64,000 bases of DNA from Patescibacteria group bacterium. GTDB taxonomy: Bacteria > Patescibacteriota > Microgenomatia > Levybacterales > UBA12049. Of this stretch, positions 1 through 9,387 are shown piece after piece (within the stretch, counting starts at the first letter, position 1; each line of letters begins with the position of its first letter). The position numbers and the translations under genes are program-made. The DNA is taken from NCBI GenBank assembly GCA_035510535.1, contig DATKGY010000051.1:6882-70881 (forward strand), read 5' to 3'. The notes below the pieces were generated by a model. It was not told the origin of the DNA and did not search any database. It was given only the letters and a program-made list of their open reading frames with translations.

Positions 1-103
1 GAAGAGATTTTTTTGGCTAGAATAGTATTTTGAGTTCTGTTAATGATCACTTTCTCATTATACTAAACTGGAGAACGGATTTAATAAAAGGTATAATATA
101 GCG

Positions 104-1297
104 ATGTGGCAAAGAATTAAAAATATTTACCATTTTTTTGTAGCTATTCTCGCTAATATTCTATTCTTTTTTCCTTCAAGAGGAATGAAGGTAATAGCTG
201 TAACCGGAACGGACGGAAAAACAACTACAGTGAATTTAATTTACCATATTTTAAAAAGTTCGGGAGCAAAGGTTTCCATGATTTCAAGTATCAACGCGGT
301 AATTGACGGGAAAGCTTACGATACAGAGTTTCACCGCACAACTCCAACTTCGTTTTCTTTGCAAAGCTTCTTTAGAAAAGCAAGAAATAAAAAATCAGAG
401 TATTTTGTTTTAGAAGTTACGTCACATGCAATTGATCAGCATAGAATTGCAGGAATTCCTATCAAAGTCGGAGTTTTAACCAATGTTACAAATGAACACT
501 TGGATTACCATAAAACCTATGATAATTATTTAAAGACGAAGAGCGGGCTATTGAAAAAAGCAAAAATATGTATCGTTAACAGCGACGATAGCTCGTACAT
601 GTTTTTAGCAGATGTTAAAAGTAAAAAGGCTCAAGAAAATTGGATAACTTACGGACTTTCCGAAAGTGCTGATTATAATAAAAACACGTTTAATATCAAA
701 GGGAATAATTTGCTGGGAGAGTTTAATCAGTATAACGTTTTAGCCTCAGTTGCGGCGTGTAAAACTCTAGAAATAGCTGATGAAAGTATAAAAAAAGCGC
801 TTAAATCTTTTCGTGAACCCATTGGAAGAGTGGATTATGTATATCAAGAGGATTTTAGCGTAATGATTGATTTTGCTCATACGTCAAATGCGTCCGAACA
901 AATACTAAAAGCATTAAGACCAACAGTTAAGGGTAGCTTAATTCATGTTTTCGGAAGCGCCGGAGAAAGAGACGTACTAAAAAGACCATTTCTAGGGGAA
1001 ATTTCTTCAGAGTACTGCGACATTATTATTTTGACTGCCGAGGATCCAAGAACGGAAGATGTTGACGCAATTATTGCGGAAATTGAAGTTGGCGTAAAAA
1101 AGGGAAAGTGTGAAGTTATTAGAATACCCGATAGAAGGGAAGCAATTCAGGCTGCAATACAAATGGCTAAGAAAGACGATTTGGTACTAATTACCGGTAA
1201 ATCTCAGGAGGGTTCCATGAATTACGGTAAGGGAGAAGAGCCTTGGGATGAGTATAAAATGGTTAAGGAAGCCTTAGAGGCGAGAAATAAAACTTGA
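104..1297 (+). CDS. murE: Mur ligase family protein, MurE-like, short form without the usual N-terminal UDP-binding domain
   Basis: P-loop VTGTDGKTTT. Mur ligase motifs DFAHT and FGSAGERD. AEDPRTED resembles the MurE DNPR motif. First gene of the dcw-type cluster. The N-terminus is a hydrophobic stretch of about 27 aa. Confidence 0.6.
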   Translation: MWQRIKNIYHFFVAILANILFFFPSRGMKVIAVTGTDGKTTTVNLIYHILKSSGAKVSMISSINAVIDGKAYDTEFHRTTPTSFSLQSFFRKARNKKSEYFVLEVTSHAIDQHRIAGIPIKVGVLTNVTNEHLDYHKTYDNYLKTKSGLLKKAKICIVNSDDSSYMFLADVKSKKAQENWITYGLSESADYNKNTFNIKGNNLLGEFNQYNVLASVAACKTLEIADESIKKALKSFREPIGRVDYVYQEDFSVMIDFAHTSNASEQILKALRPTVKGSLIHVFGSAGERDVLKRPFLGEISSEYCDIIILTAEDPRTEDVDAIIAEIEVGVKKGKCEVIRIPDRREAIQAAIQMAKKDDLVLITGKSQEGSMNYGKGEEPWDEYKMVKEALEARNKT

Positions 1298-1300
1298 GCA

Positions 1301-2719
1301 ATGAATAAAATTAAAAATATTCATTTCGTAGGCATAAAAGGAGTAGGAATGACACCTCTGGCAATTATCGCAAAAGAGGCCGGTTTTAAAGTGTCGGGTT
1401 GCGATTTAGGCGAAGAATTTATTACAGATGCGCCTTTAAAAAAGGCTGGAATAGAGCCGTTAGTTGGTTTTTCGCAAGATCATTTAAAGGCTTGCGATCT
1501 TTTGATTACGACCGGTGCTCACGGTGGTTTTGAAAATATCGAAGTAATCAGAGCGAAAGAATTAGGAATTCCCGTTTGGACACAAGGACAAGCAGTTGGT
1601 AAGTTTATGGATGGGGAATTACTCAATAATAATTTTGAGGGGATTTCAGTAGCCGGCTCACATGGAAAGACTACCACTTCGGCAATGATCGCGACGGTAC
1701 TTAAGGAAAATAAACAAGATCCAGCTTTCCTGATTGGTACCGGTGACATTCCCTCGCTTGGTTCCTCCGGTCATTTTGGGCAAGGCAAATATTTTGTCGC
1801 CGAAGCAGACGAATACGCAACGGAGCCAAAATATGATCACACGCCAAAGTTTTTATGGCAACATCCGCATATTGGAGTGATTACCAACATTGAATTTGAT
1901 CATCCGGATTTATACATATCGATGGATCAACTAAGAGAAGCATTTCTAAATTTCGCTAAAAATATAAAGCAACCGGGAGCTCTAATTGCTTGTATAGATG
2001 ATTTGGAAACTGCGAGTGTTATAAAACAATATGCGGGAAAAGTAATTACCTATGGGTTTTTCAAGAACGCTGATTTCAGCCTGCAAAAGGTAAACGTATC
2101 TCCGGAAAAAACTTTCTTTTGGGTTAATGCAAAAGATACGCTACTTGGCGAGTTTTCTTTAAATATTGCCGGAGAGCAGAACGCCTTGAACGCTCTGGCG
2201 GCAATTATCGTCTGTTTGGAGTTGGGGATATCAATAGATAATATTAAAAAAGGTTTACTAGCGTTTAAAGGAACCAAGCGAAGATCGGAATTTGTAGGAA
2301 AAACTACGTCTGGAGCATTAATTTACGACGATTACGCTCATCATCCAACGGAGATAAAAAGCACTCTCGGTGCTTTTAAGAAAATGTATCCGAACAAAAA
2401 AATTGTTTGTATTTTTCAACCACATACTTACTCGCGAACCAAAAGTTTATTTGAACAATTTATATCCTCATTCAATCTTGCGAACGAATTAATCTTGGTA
2501 GATATATTTCCCTCGTTGAGGGAAAGTGTTGATGATACGATATCCTCAAAAATTTTAGCTGATAACGTTTCAAAAATTCAAAGAGACGTTTTATATATTG
2601 CTAAACTTGAAGATGTGGTAAAATATCTCAACCAAAAAGGCTTTAATGATGGTTATATAATTATAACAATGGGTGCCGGAGATGTTTATAAAATAGGAAA
2701 GGAATTAATTTATGAATAA
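1301..2719 (+). CDS. murC: UDP-N-acetylmuramate--L-alanine ligase
   Basis: N-terminal GIKGVGMTPLA Rossmann motif, GSHGKTTTS P-loop, DDYAHHPTEI. Length 472 aa and dcw context. Confidence 0.9.
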   Translation: MNKIKNIHFVGIKGVGMTPLAIIAKEAGFKVSGCDLGEEFITDAPLKKAGIEPLVGFSQDHLKACDLLITTGAHGGFENIEVIRAKELGIPVWTQGQAVGKFMDGELLNNNFEGISVAGSHGKTTTSAMIATVLKENKQDPAFLIGTGDIPSLGSSGHFGQGKYFVAEADEYATEPKYDHTPKFLWQHPHIGVITNIEFDHPDLYISMDQLREAFLNFAKNIKQPGALIACIDDLETASVIKQYAGKVITYGFFKNADFSLQKVNVSPEKTFFWVNAKDTLLGEFSLNIAGEQNALNALAAIIVCLELGISIDNIKKGLLAFKGTKRRSEFVGKTTSGALIYDDYAHHPTEIKSTLGAFKKMYPNKKIVCIFQPHTYSRTKSLFEQFISSFNLANELILVDIFPSLRESVDDTISSKILADNVSKIQRDVLYIAKLEDVVKYLNQKGFNDGYIIITMGAGDVYKIGKELIYE

Positions 2720-4043
2720 ATTTGTAATTAACGGCGGAAAAAAATTGAAAGGCGAAGTTTTTGTACTTGGGTCAAAAAATGTTGCTTTGAAAATTCTAGT
2801 GGCAGCTTGTTTAACCAAAGATGAAGTGATTGTTAGAAACGTACCTTTGATTTCAGATTTTATGATTATGGCTGAAATAATCCGTAATCTAGGAGGAGAA
2901 GTAAAGCTTAACGACCATAGCGTTTCAATAAGATTGGAAAATATTTTAAGTGAAAAAATATCGCTGGATAAAGCGGCCGAGATAAGAACTTCTTATATGT
3001 TTTTAGCTCCGCTTCTAGCAAGATTAGGAAAAGCCATTATTCCAAATCCGGGTGGTTGTAGAATCGGAGCAAGACCAATAGACAGAATCGTCGGGGGCTT
3101 AAAAAAAATGGGAGTTAAAATTCAGTACGACAGTAAGGACGGGTATTTTCATGCCTTAGCGCCCAAAGGTCTTACCGGTGCTACTTATGAATTTTCAAAA
3201 AGCACTCATACCGGTACAGAAACAATGCTTCTAGCGGCGGTTTTGGCTAAAGGCAAAACGGTATTAGAAAATGCGGCACAGGAACCGGAAGTTGATGAGC
3301 TGATAGGTTTACTAAATAGGATGGGAGCAAAGATAATCAGAGAAAACCCAAGGAAAATAGTTATTGAAGGTGTGACGAAATTACACGGTGCGGAATTTAC
3401 AATTGCGCCTGATAGAAACGAAGTGGTAACTTTCGCGGTTGCGGCTTTAATTACCCAAGGAGATATTTTCATACGCGACATAAAAAGCAAAGGCTTGGAA
3501 GAATTTTTAGAATTGGTTAAATATTGCGGGGGGGGAATTGAAGAAAAACAAAACGGAATAAGATTCTTTTACAAAGAGGAGTTAAAGCCCAGCAATGTGG
3601 TGACTTCTTTTTATCCTGGCTTTATGACCGATTGGCAAGGTCCGTGGGCAGTGCTAATGACCAAAGCCAATGGACAATCTTCAATTCACGAAACAGTTTA
3701 CGAGAATCGGTTTACGTATGTGGACGAGCTAAAAAAAATGGGAGCGAATATTGAATTTTACAAACCGGAGGTAAAAAATCCTGAAGAAGTATATAACTTT
3801 AACATTAAAGATGATAATGGTAAAAATTTTCACGCCATCAGAATTTTTGGGCCAACTACGCTACATAATGCAGCCTTAACAATATCGGATTTACGAGCCG
3901 GTGCGAGTCTTGTTCTGGCTGCTTTGGCGGCCAAAGGAGAAAGCGTACTTTTTGATATAGAGCATCTAGATAGAGGATATGAACAGTTTGAGCAAAGATT
4001 AAGTAATTTGGGAGCAAACATAAAAAGGATAAACGAAGAATAA
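2712..4043 (+). CDS. murA: UDP-N-acetylglucosamine 1-carboxyvinyltransferase
   Basis: 443 aa EPSP-synthase-fold protein with the NPGGCRIGARPID active-site Cys loop. Overlaps the murC stop by 8 nt. Confidence 0.9.
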   Translation: MNKFVINGGKKLKGEVFVLGSKNVALKILVAACLTKDEVIVRNVPLISDFMIMAEIIRNLGGEVKLNDHSVSIRLENILSEKISLDKAAEIRTSYMFLAPLLARLGKAIIPNPGGCRIGARPIDRIVGGLKKMGVKIQYDSKDGYFHALAPKGLTGATYEFSKSTHTGTETMLLAAVLAKGKTVLENAAQEPEVDELIGLLNRMGAKIIRENPRKIVIEGVTKLHGAEFTIAPDRNEVVTFAVAALITQGDIFIRDIKSKGLEEFLELVKYCGGGIEEKQNGIRFFYKEELKPSNVVTSFYPGFMTDWQGPWAVLMTKANGQSSIHETVYENRFTYVDELKKMGANIEFYKPEVKNPEEVYNFNIKDDNGKNFHAIRIFGPTTLHNAALTISDLRAGASLVLAALAAKGESVLFDIEHLDRGYEQFEQRLSNLGANIKRINEE

Positions 4044-4044
4044 T

Positions 4045-4785
4045 ATGTTAGAAAGATTTGGAGCTATAGTTTTGGCGGCAGGCGAAGGCAAGAGAATGCG
4101 GGATAAAACTGGTAATAAAGTTACCATGGAGCTTGCAGGTAGGCCAATGATTTTACATACCGCTGAGCTTTTAAAGGGACTCGATGTTTACCCGATCGTA
4201 ATAGTAGTTGGTTATCAAAAACATTCCGTTATGAGACTTTTTGGACACGATGTCTTATTTGCAGAACAGCGAAAAAGATTAGGAACGGCTCATGCAGTAC
4301 TAAAAGGGTTACACGAACTTCCAAACGACGTAGAAGACATTTTAATATTACAAGGAGATGACTCCGCATTTTACAAAAGAGAGATGATAAGAGAGCTTAT
4401 CGATACCCATAAGCAACATAAAGCTGCTTTAACTTTTTTAACAATCGATGTCGATAATCCAACAGGATTAGGAAGAGTAATTAGGGACGGAGAAGGGAGA
4501 GTAATGGGAATGGTGGAAGAAAAAGATGCAACGAATGAGCAAAGACAAATCCATGAAATCAACCCTGCGTGTTACGTAATGAACACAGGATTTTTAAGAA
4601 GGTATTTACCTAAAGTTAAAAAAAGCCCAGTCACGCGTGAATATTACCTTACGAACCTTATCGATATAGGTATTCAAAATGGCGAGAAGGTAGAAACAGT
4701 AAGAGCTGGAAGAATTCCTTGGAGAGGGGTAAACACAAGAGATGAGCTTCGGGAGGCAGAAAGAATGTTAGCCTCTAAAGAGTAG
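4045..4785 (+). CDS. Sugar-phosphate nucleotidyltransferase (GlmU N-terminal-domain-like)
   Basis: LAAGEGKRM signature of NTP_transferase enzymes. 246 aa with no acetyltransferase LbH domain. Confidence 0.6.
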   Translation: MLERFGAIVLAAGEGKRMRDKTGNKVTMELAGRPMILHTAELLKGLDVYPIVIVVGYQKHSVMRLFGHDVLFAEQRKRLGTAHAVLKGLHELPNDVEDILILQGDDSAFYKREMIRELIDTHKQHKAALTFLTIDVDNPTGLGRVIRDGEGRVMGMVEEKDATNEQRQIHEINPACYVMNTGFLRRYLPKVKKSPVTREYYLTNLIDIGIQNGEKVETVRAGRIPWRGVNTRDELREAERMLASKE

Positions 4786-4789
4786 TTGC

Positions 4790-5776
4790 ATGAGAAAAAA
4801 AATAAAAATTGTTGTAATAGGTGGCGGAACCGGTAGCTTTGTAGCTTTATCGGGTCTTAAAAAATATGAGGTTGACCTAGCCGCAATTATCACGATGATG
4901 GATAGCGGCGGCTCAAGCGGTAGATTACGCGATGAGCTCGGTGTGCTTCCTCCTGGCGACGTCAGGCAGTGCTTGGTTGCTTTGGCAAAATCCTCAAAGC
5001 TTTTGCGGGATATGTTTAATTATCGGTTTGAAGAAGGAGGATTAAAAGGACATACTTTTGGTAATATTTTTCTTTCAACCCTCACAAAAACTACCGGCAG
5101 TATGAAAAAGGCGATTGAGGAAGTTGGAAAAATCTTGCGTATCCGGGGGAGGGTAATCCCGGTTACTTATACCAAAAGCGATCTATGCATTGAGCTTGAA
5201 GATAGAACAATTATTGAAGGGGAGACGCATATCGATGAAGTTGAGAGCCGCGAAAAAAGAGCGAAAATAAAAAGAGCTTTTCTAAAACCTAAAGCCAAGG
5301 CTAATCCTGATGCTAAAAAAGCAATTAAGGAAGCAGATGCAATCATTATCGGACCGGGTGATTTATACACAAGCATTATTCCAAACCTTTTAGTAACAGG
5401 GATAAAAACCGCAATTAAAAATTCAAAAGGCAAGAAAATTTATGTTTTAAACCTGATGACTAAATATGGCCAAACAACTAAACATACCGCTAAGGATCAT
5501 ATTGAAGATTTAGAGCAATATACTGGGAAAGGTCAGCTAGATGTTATTTTGGTTAACAAAAAAATACCCAAACAAGAAACACTTGCCTGGTACAAGGATT
5601 TTGATGAACATCCCGTTGAAGATGATTTGAACGAAAAAAGTAAATTACAGGTAGTGAGAAAAAATTTGATAAACGACGTCATCTTGGTCGCTGATTCTTC
5701 AGATAGCTTAAAAAGAAGTATCATCAGGCACGATAGCGAAAAGTTAGCGAATGCTATAATGGAAATCCTCGGCTAA
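4790..5776 (+). CDS. YvcK/CofD-family protein (gluconeogenesis factor / UDP-sugar-binding morphogenesis protein family)
   Basis: N-terminal VVIGGGTGSF and MDSGGSSGRLRDELGVLPPGD motifs typical of the YvcK/CofD family. Confidence 0.7.
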   Translation: MRKKIKIVVIGGGTGSFVALSGLKKYEVDLAAIITMMDSGGSSGRLRDELGVLPPGDVRQCLVALAKSSKLLRDMFNYRFEEGGLKGHTFGNIFLSTLTKTTGSMKKAIEEVGKILRIRGRVIPVTYTKSDLCIELEDRTIIEGETHIDEVESREKRAKIKRAFLKPKAKANPDAKKAIKEADAIIIGPGDLYTSIIPNLLVTGIKTAIKNSKGKKIYVLNLMTKYGQTTKHTAKDHIEDLEQYTGKGQLDVILVNKKIPKQETLAWYKDFDEHPVEDDLNEKSKLQVVRKNLINDVILVADSSDSLKRSIIRHDSEKLANAIMEILG

Positions 5777-5827
5777 GAGGATACGTCCGATTGAATGTAT
5801 ACTCTCTAGGTATTATAATATCAATAT

Positions 5828-6838
5828 ATGACACAACTTTTGGGGCTAACACTGCTTTCTTTAGTCGTCACAGCAATTTTAATCATCCCCTTCATCGATT
5901 TTCTCTACAAAATAAAACTTAGAAGGCAAGATCAGGCAACCGTAGACCCATTCAATAAACCTACTCCGCTTTTTGACAAATTCAACAAATGGAAAGTGGG
6001 CACACCATTCGGAGGAGGGCTTTTAATTATTTGCGTTTCCACAGTGATATTTTTGTGGTCTTTTGGAATACTTAACGTAAAAATAAACCCTTTAGAAATA
6101 TTCGTTATCTTATTTACCTTTATTAGTTTTGGAGTGTTGGGCTTATATGATGATGGTAAGAAATTAGCCAACGGTGCGAAGGTACCTTTTTTTGGTTTAA
6201 GATTGAGGTACAAGTTTTTACTACAGCTAGCTATTGCCTTTATTCCGGCAACCATTCTCTATACAAAATTAGGTTATAGTTTCGTTTTTATTAGAGGAAT
6301 TGGGCTTACAGACATTGGGTTTTTGTATATTCCGTTTGCGGCGTTTGTGATTGTTGCTTTCGTGAACGCTTTCAATATCACCGACGGACTAGACGGATTG
6401 GCTCCGGGGTTAATGCTTATTGCTTTGGTTTCATTTTTGGCAATCTCCTATACGAATGTAGACCAATCATTGGGAATTTTTGTGGCAGTACTCATGGGAA
6501 GCATTGCCGCTTTCTTATATTTCAATATCTTTAAAGCCAGAATTTGGCTTGGAGATGTCGGTTCAATGTCTTTGGGAGCATCGCTGGCTATAATTGGCCT
6601 TTTAACCGGTAAAACTTTAGCAATCGTTGTTATTGGCGGAGTTTTTGTTTTGGAAGTCGGTTCATCTTTAATACAGCTTCTGAGCAAAAAATTCTTAAAA
6701 AGGAGAATCTTGCCGGCCGCACCCTTGCATTTATATTTCCTTAAAAGAGGTTGGGATGAGCCAAAAATTGTTATGAGAGCCTGGTTACTGGGCGCTTTCT
6801 TTGCAATTCTTGGTCTTTACCTCGCTTTCATTAAGTAA
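5828..6838 (+). CDS. mraY: Phospho-N-acetylmuramoyl-pentapeptide transferase
   Basis: Polytopic membrane protein with NAFNITDGLDGLA and GDVGSMSLG motifs. Confidence 0.9.
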   Translation: MTQLLGLTLLSLVVTAILIIPFIDFLYKIKLRRQDQATVDPFNKPTPLFDKFNKWKVGTPFGGGLLIICVSTVIFLWSFGILNVKINPLEIFVILFTFISFGVLGLYDDGKKLANGAKVPFFGLRLRYKFLLQLAIAFIPATILYTKLGYSFVFIRGIGLTDIGFLYIPFAAFVIVAFVNAFNITDGLDGLAPGLMLIALVSFLAISYTNVDQSLGIFVAVLMGSIAAFLYFNIFKARIWLGDVGSMSLGASLAIIGLLTGKTLAIVVIGGVFVLEVGSSLIQLLSKKFLKRRILPAAPLHLYFLKRGWDEPKIVMRAWLLGAFFAILGLYLAFIK

Positions 6839-7911
6839 TGAAAAGAATTGATTTAATTCTGCTCGTCTCCGTTTTATTCCTGACGTTTTTTGGCCTTTTC
6901 ATGATTTATGATGCTTCTTCTTTTGTGGCCTTCCGCGACTTTGTTGACAAATATCATTTTGTCAGAGACCAATTCTTTTGGATCATTTTGGGTCTGATTG
7001 CGCTTCTTTTTTTCTCCCGCTTTGATTATCATAAGCTTTACAACTTAGCGATACCGATATTACTCGTGGCGGTTGGATTATTGTTGGCAGTTTTTATTCC
7101 CGGAATTGGTGTAAAAACTTTGGGCGCCAGCAGATGGCTTAATTTAAGATTTACAACTCTGCAGCCTTCGGAATTTGTAAAAATTGCCCTAGCAATCTAT
7201 CTTGCCGCCTGGTTTTCAAAAAAAGAAAAAGGCCGGATTTGGGCTTTTCTATTACTCTTGTCGATGATAATTGCCTTAGTTATTTTAGAGCCGGATATGG
7301 GCACGGCAGTTATTGTTCTCGCCGAAGGAATTATTTTATATTTCCTATCAGGAGCCCGAACGCTATATTTTTTTATTCTCGCCCCGATTATCGCAGTGAT
7401 AGGCATTTTGTTTGCGAAGCTTGAGCCCTATCGGGCGGCCAGAGTCACGTCTTATTTAAATTTCAATCAAGACATCAGCAGTTCTTCTTATCATGTCAGG
7501 CAAATCTTAATTGCCCTAGGTTCAGGTGGGCTAACCGGAGTCGGTTTGGGCAATTCTTTACAAAAATATGCTTATCTTCCGGAAAACGCGACCGATTCAA
7601 TCTTTGCGATTATTGCCGAAGAATTGGGATTTATTGGAGCGCTTTTAATCATCGTAGTTTTTGTAATTATTATTTGGCGGGGGTTTTATATTGCTATTCA
7701 TGCCAAGGACCAATTTGGTAAGCTATTAGCAGGAGGAATTATAACTTTTTTAGCGATGCAAATTGTTATTAATTTAGCTGCCCAGACAGCGCTTTTACCT
7801 TTAACCGGTATTCCATTGCCTTTTATTTCATATGGGGGATCGGCGTTGATAATTAATCTCACGGCTGTCGGAATACTTTTAAACATTGCCAAGCAAGAAG
7901 AAAAAGTATGA
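6838..7911 (+). CDS. ftsW: SEDS-family peptidoglycan polymerase FtsW
   Basis: FtsW/RodA/SpoVE family (PENATDSIFAIIAEELGFIG, PLPFISYGGS). Located between mraY and murG. Confidence 0.8.
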   Translation: MKRIDLILLVSVLFLTFFGLFMIYDASSFVAFRDFVDKYHFVRDQFFWIILGLIALLFFSRFDYHKLYNLAIPILLVAVGLLLAVFIPGIGVKTLGASRWLNLRFTTLQPSEFVKIALAIYLAAWFSKKEKGRIWAFLLLLSMIIALVILEPDMGTAVIVLAEGIILYFLSGARTLYFFILAPIIAVIGILFAKLEPYRAARVTSYLNFNQDISSSSYHVRQILIALGSGGLTGVGLGNSLQKYAYLPENATDSIFAIIAEELGFIGALLIIVVFVIIIWRGFYIAIHAKDQFGKLLAGGIITFLAMQIVINLAAQTALLPLTGIPLPFISYGGSALIINLTAVGILLNIAKQEEKV

Positions 7912-9002
7912 AAATCGTAATCACCGGCGGACATTTATCACCGGCCTTAGCAGTTATAGAAAAGCTTGGAAACAGCGAAATTTATTATATTGGTAGAAAA
8001 CATAGCTTTGAAGGAGATAGCGCGACTTCTCTGGAATATGAAGAGATTGTAAAACTTCGCGTTCCTTTCTATTCAATCAATGCGGCCAGATTGCAAAGAA
8101 GATTTACTAAGCACACTATTCCATCTCTGACAAAATTCCCGGTGGGGTTTTTCCAGTCGTTAAAAATCCTAAGGCAAATTAAGCCGGATATTGTTCTAGG
8201 ATTTGGTGGTTATATTTCTTTGCCGGTAATTTTGGCGGCTTTCCTTCTTAGAATACCAATCGTCATTCATGAACAAACTTTGGAAGCCGGATTTGCCAAC
8301 AAAATAGAAGCTAAATTTGCTCAAAAAATTTGTATTTCATGGCAGTCATCGGAACAGTATTTTCCTAAACAAAAAACTGTTTTGACCGGAAATCCGTTAA
8401 GAGGAGTAGTTCTAAACGCAAAACCCTTTAGAGAAGAAACGGGTCTGCCCAAAATTTATATTACTGGGGGAAGCAGCGGGTCGCACGCAATAAATCTGCT
8501 CGTGGAAAAATCTTTGAAAGAGCTTTTGGAAAAATTTACTGTCGTTCATCAAACAGGAGATGCGAGAAGACATGCCGATTTCGAAAGACTGCAATCGGCA
8601 GTAAATAAACTTGATTCCCAGCTTGCCAAAAATTATCATTCACAAAGATTTTTTTCTCCCGAGGATACAGCGAATAATTTAAGCAGGTCTAATTTAGTGG
8701 TTGGTAGGGCGGGATTAAATACCGTGACAGAATTAATTTATTTTAAAACACCGGCTTTTTTAATTCCGTTACCCTTTTCCCAAAGAAATGAGCAATTAAA
8801 AAACGCCCTGTTCTTAAAAGGGTTGGGGCTGGGAGAAATTGGCCTACAAAACGAATTAACTCCGGAAATTTTTGTGGCAAAAATTTTAGCGATGCTTAAA
8901 AATTTAGAAAAGTATCGCCTGGAACAGAATGTTTTAGTTCCCGAAGCGGCCCAAAATATAGTTAAGGTGCTTAAAGATGTTGCGACAAAAAAGACTGCTT
9001 AA
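7908..9002 (+). CDS. murG: Lipid II synthase MurG (UDP-GlcNAc:lipid I GlcNAc transferase)
   Basis: GT28 fold. N-terminal ITGGHLSPALAV and C-terminal ITGGSSGSH motifs. dcw position. Confidence 0.85.
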   Translation: MKIVITGGHLSPALAVIEKLGNSEIYYIGRKHSFEGDSATSLEYEEIVKLRVPFYSINAARLQRRFTKHTIPSLTKFPVGFFQSLKILRQIKPDIVLGFGGYISLPVILAAFLLRIPIVIHEQTLEAGFANKIEAKFAQKICISWQSSEQYFPKQKTVLTGNPLRGVVLNAKPFREETGLPKIYITGGSSGSHAINLLVEKSLKELLEKFTVVHQTGDARRHADFERLQSAVNKLDSQLAKNYHSQRFFSPEDTANNLSRSNLVVGRAGLNTVTELIYFKTPAFLIPLPFSQRNEQLKNALFLKGLGLGEIGLQNELTPEIFVAKILAMLKNLEKYRLEQNVLVPEAAQNIVKVLKDVATKKTA

Positions 9003-9387
9003 AAAAGAAAAACTCAGGGTTAAAATGAAATTAGTCTTTGTTGTCGTCATTCTTTTATTAATAGCAACTATCGGACTGGAGTATTTCTATTTCAATTTCG
9101 TCAAAGCCTCAGTCATTAGCCCTTTGGCAAAAAGTAAGATATCTAATCAAACTAATTTAGAAAATGAACTGACTCAGAGAAGAATTCTTTTTACCAGTGT
9201 TACAGCCAGTTCGGATGGTTCGTTCGCCATAACTCTTTTGGATGGGGGAGAGGTAATTTTATCCTCAAAAAAAGATATTGGGAGCCAATTATCCTCTTTA
9301 CAACTGATCCTATCTAGTCTTACAATAGAAGGAAAGAAGCTGAGAATTTTAGATTTCAGGTTTGATAATCCAGTTGTTTCGTTTTAA
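8977..9387 (+). CDS. Small FtsQ-like bitopic division protein. The start may be 9025.
   Basis: Basic N-terminal tail, one TM helix (LVFVVVILLLIATIGL), short extracytoplasmic domain. The call rests only on its position between murG and ftsA. Confidence 0.4.
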   Translation: MLRQKRLLKKEKLRVKMKLVFVVVILLLIATIGLEYFYFNFVKASVISPLAKSKISNQTNLENELTQRRILFTSVTASSDGSFAITLLDGGEVILSSKKDIGSQLSSLQLILSSLTIEGKKLRILDFRFDNPVVSF

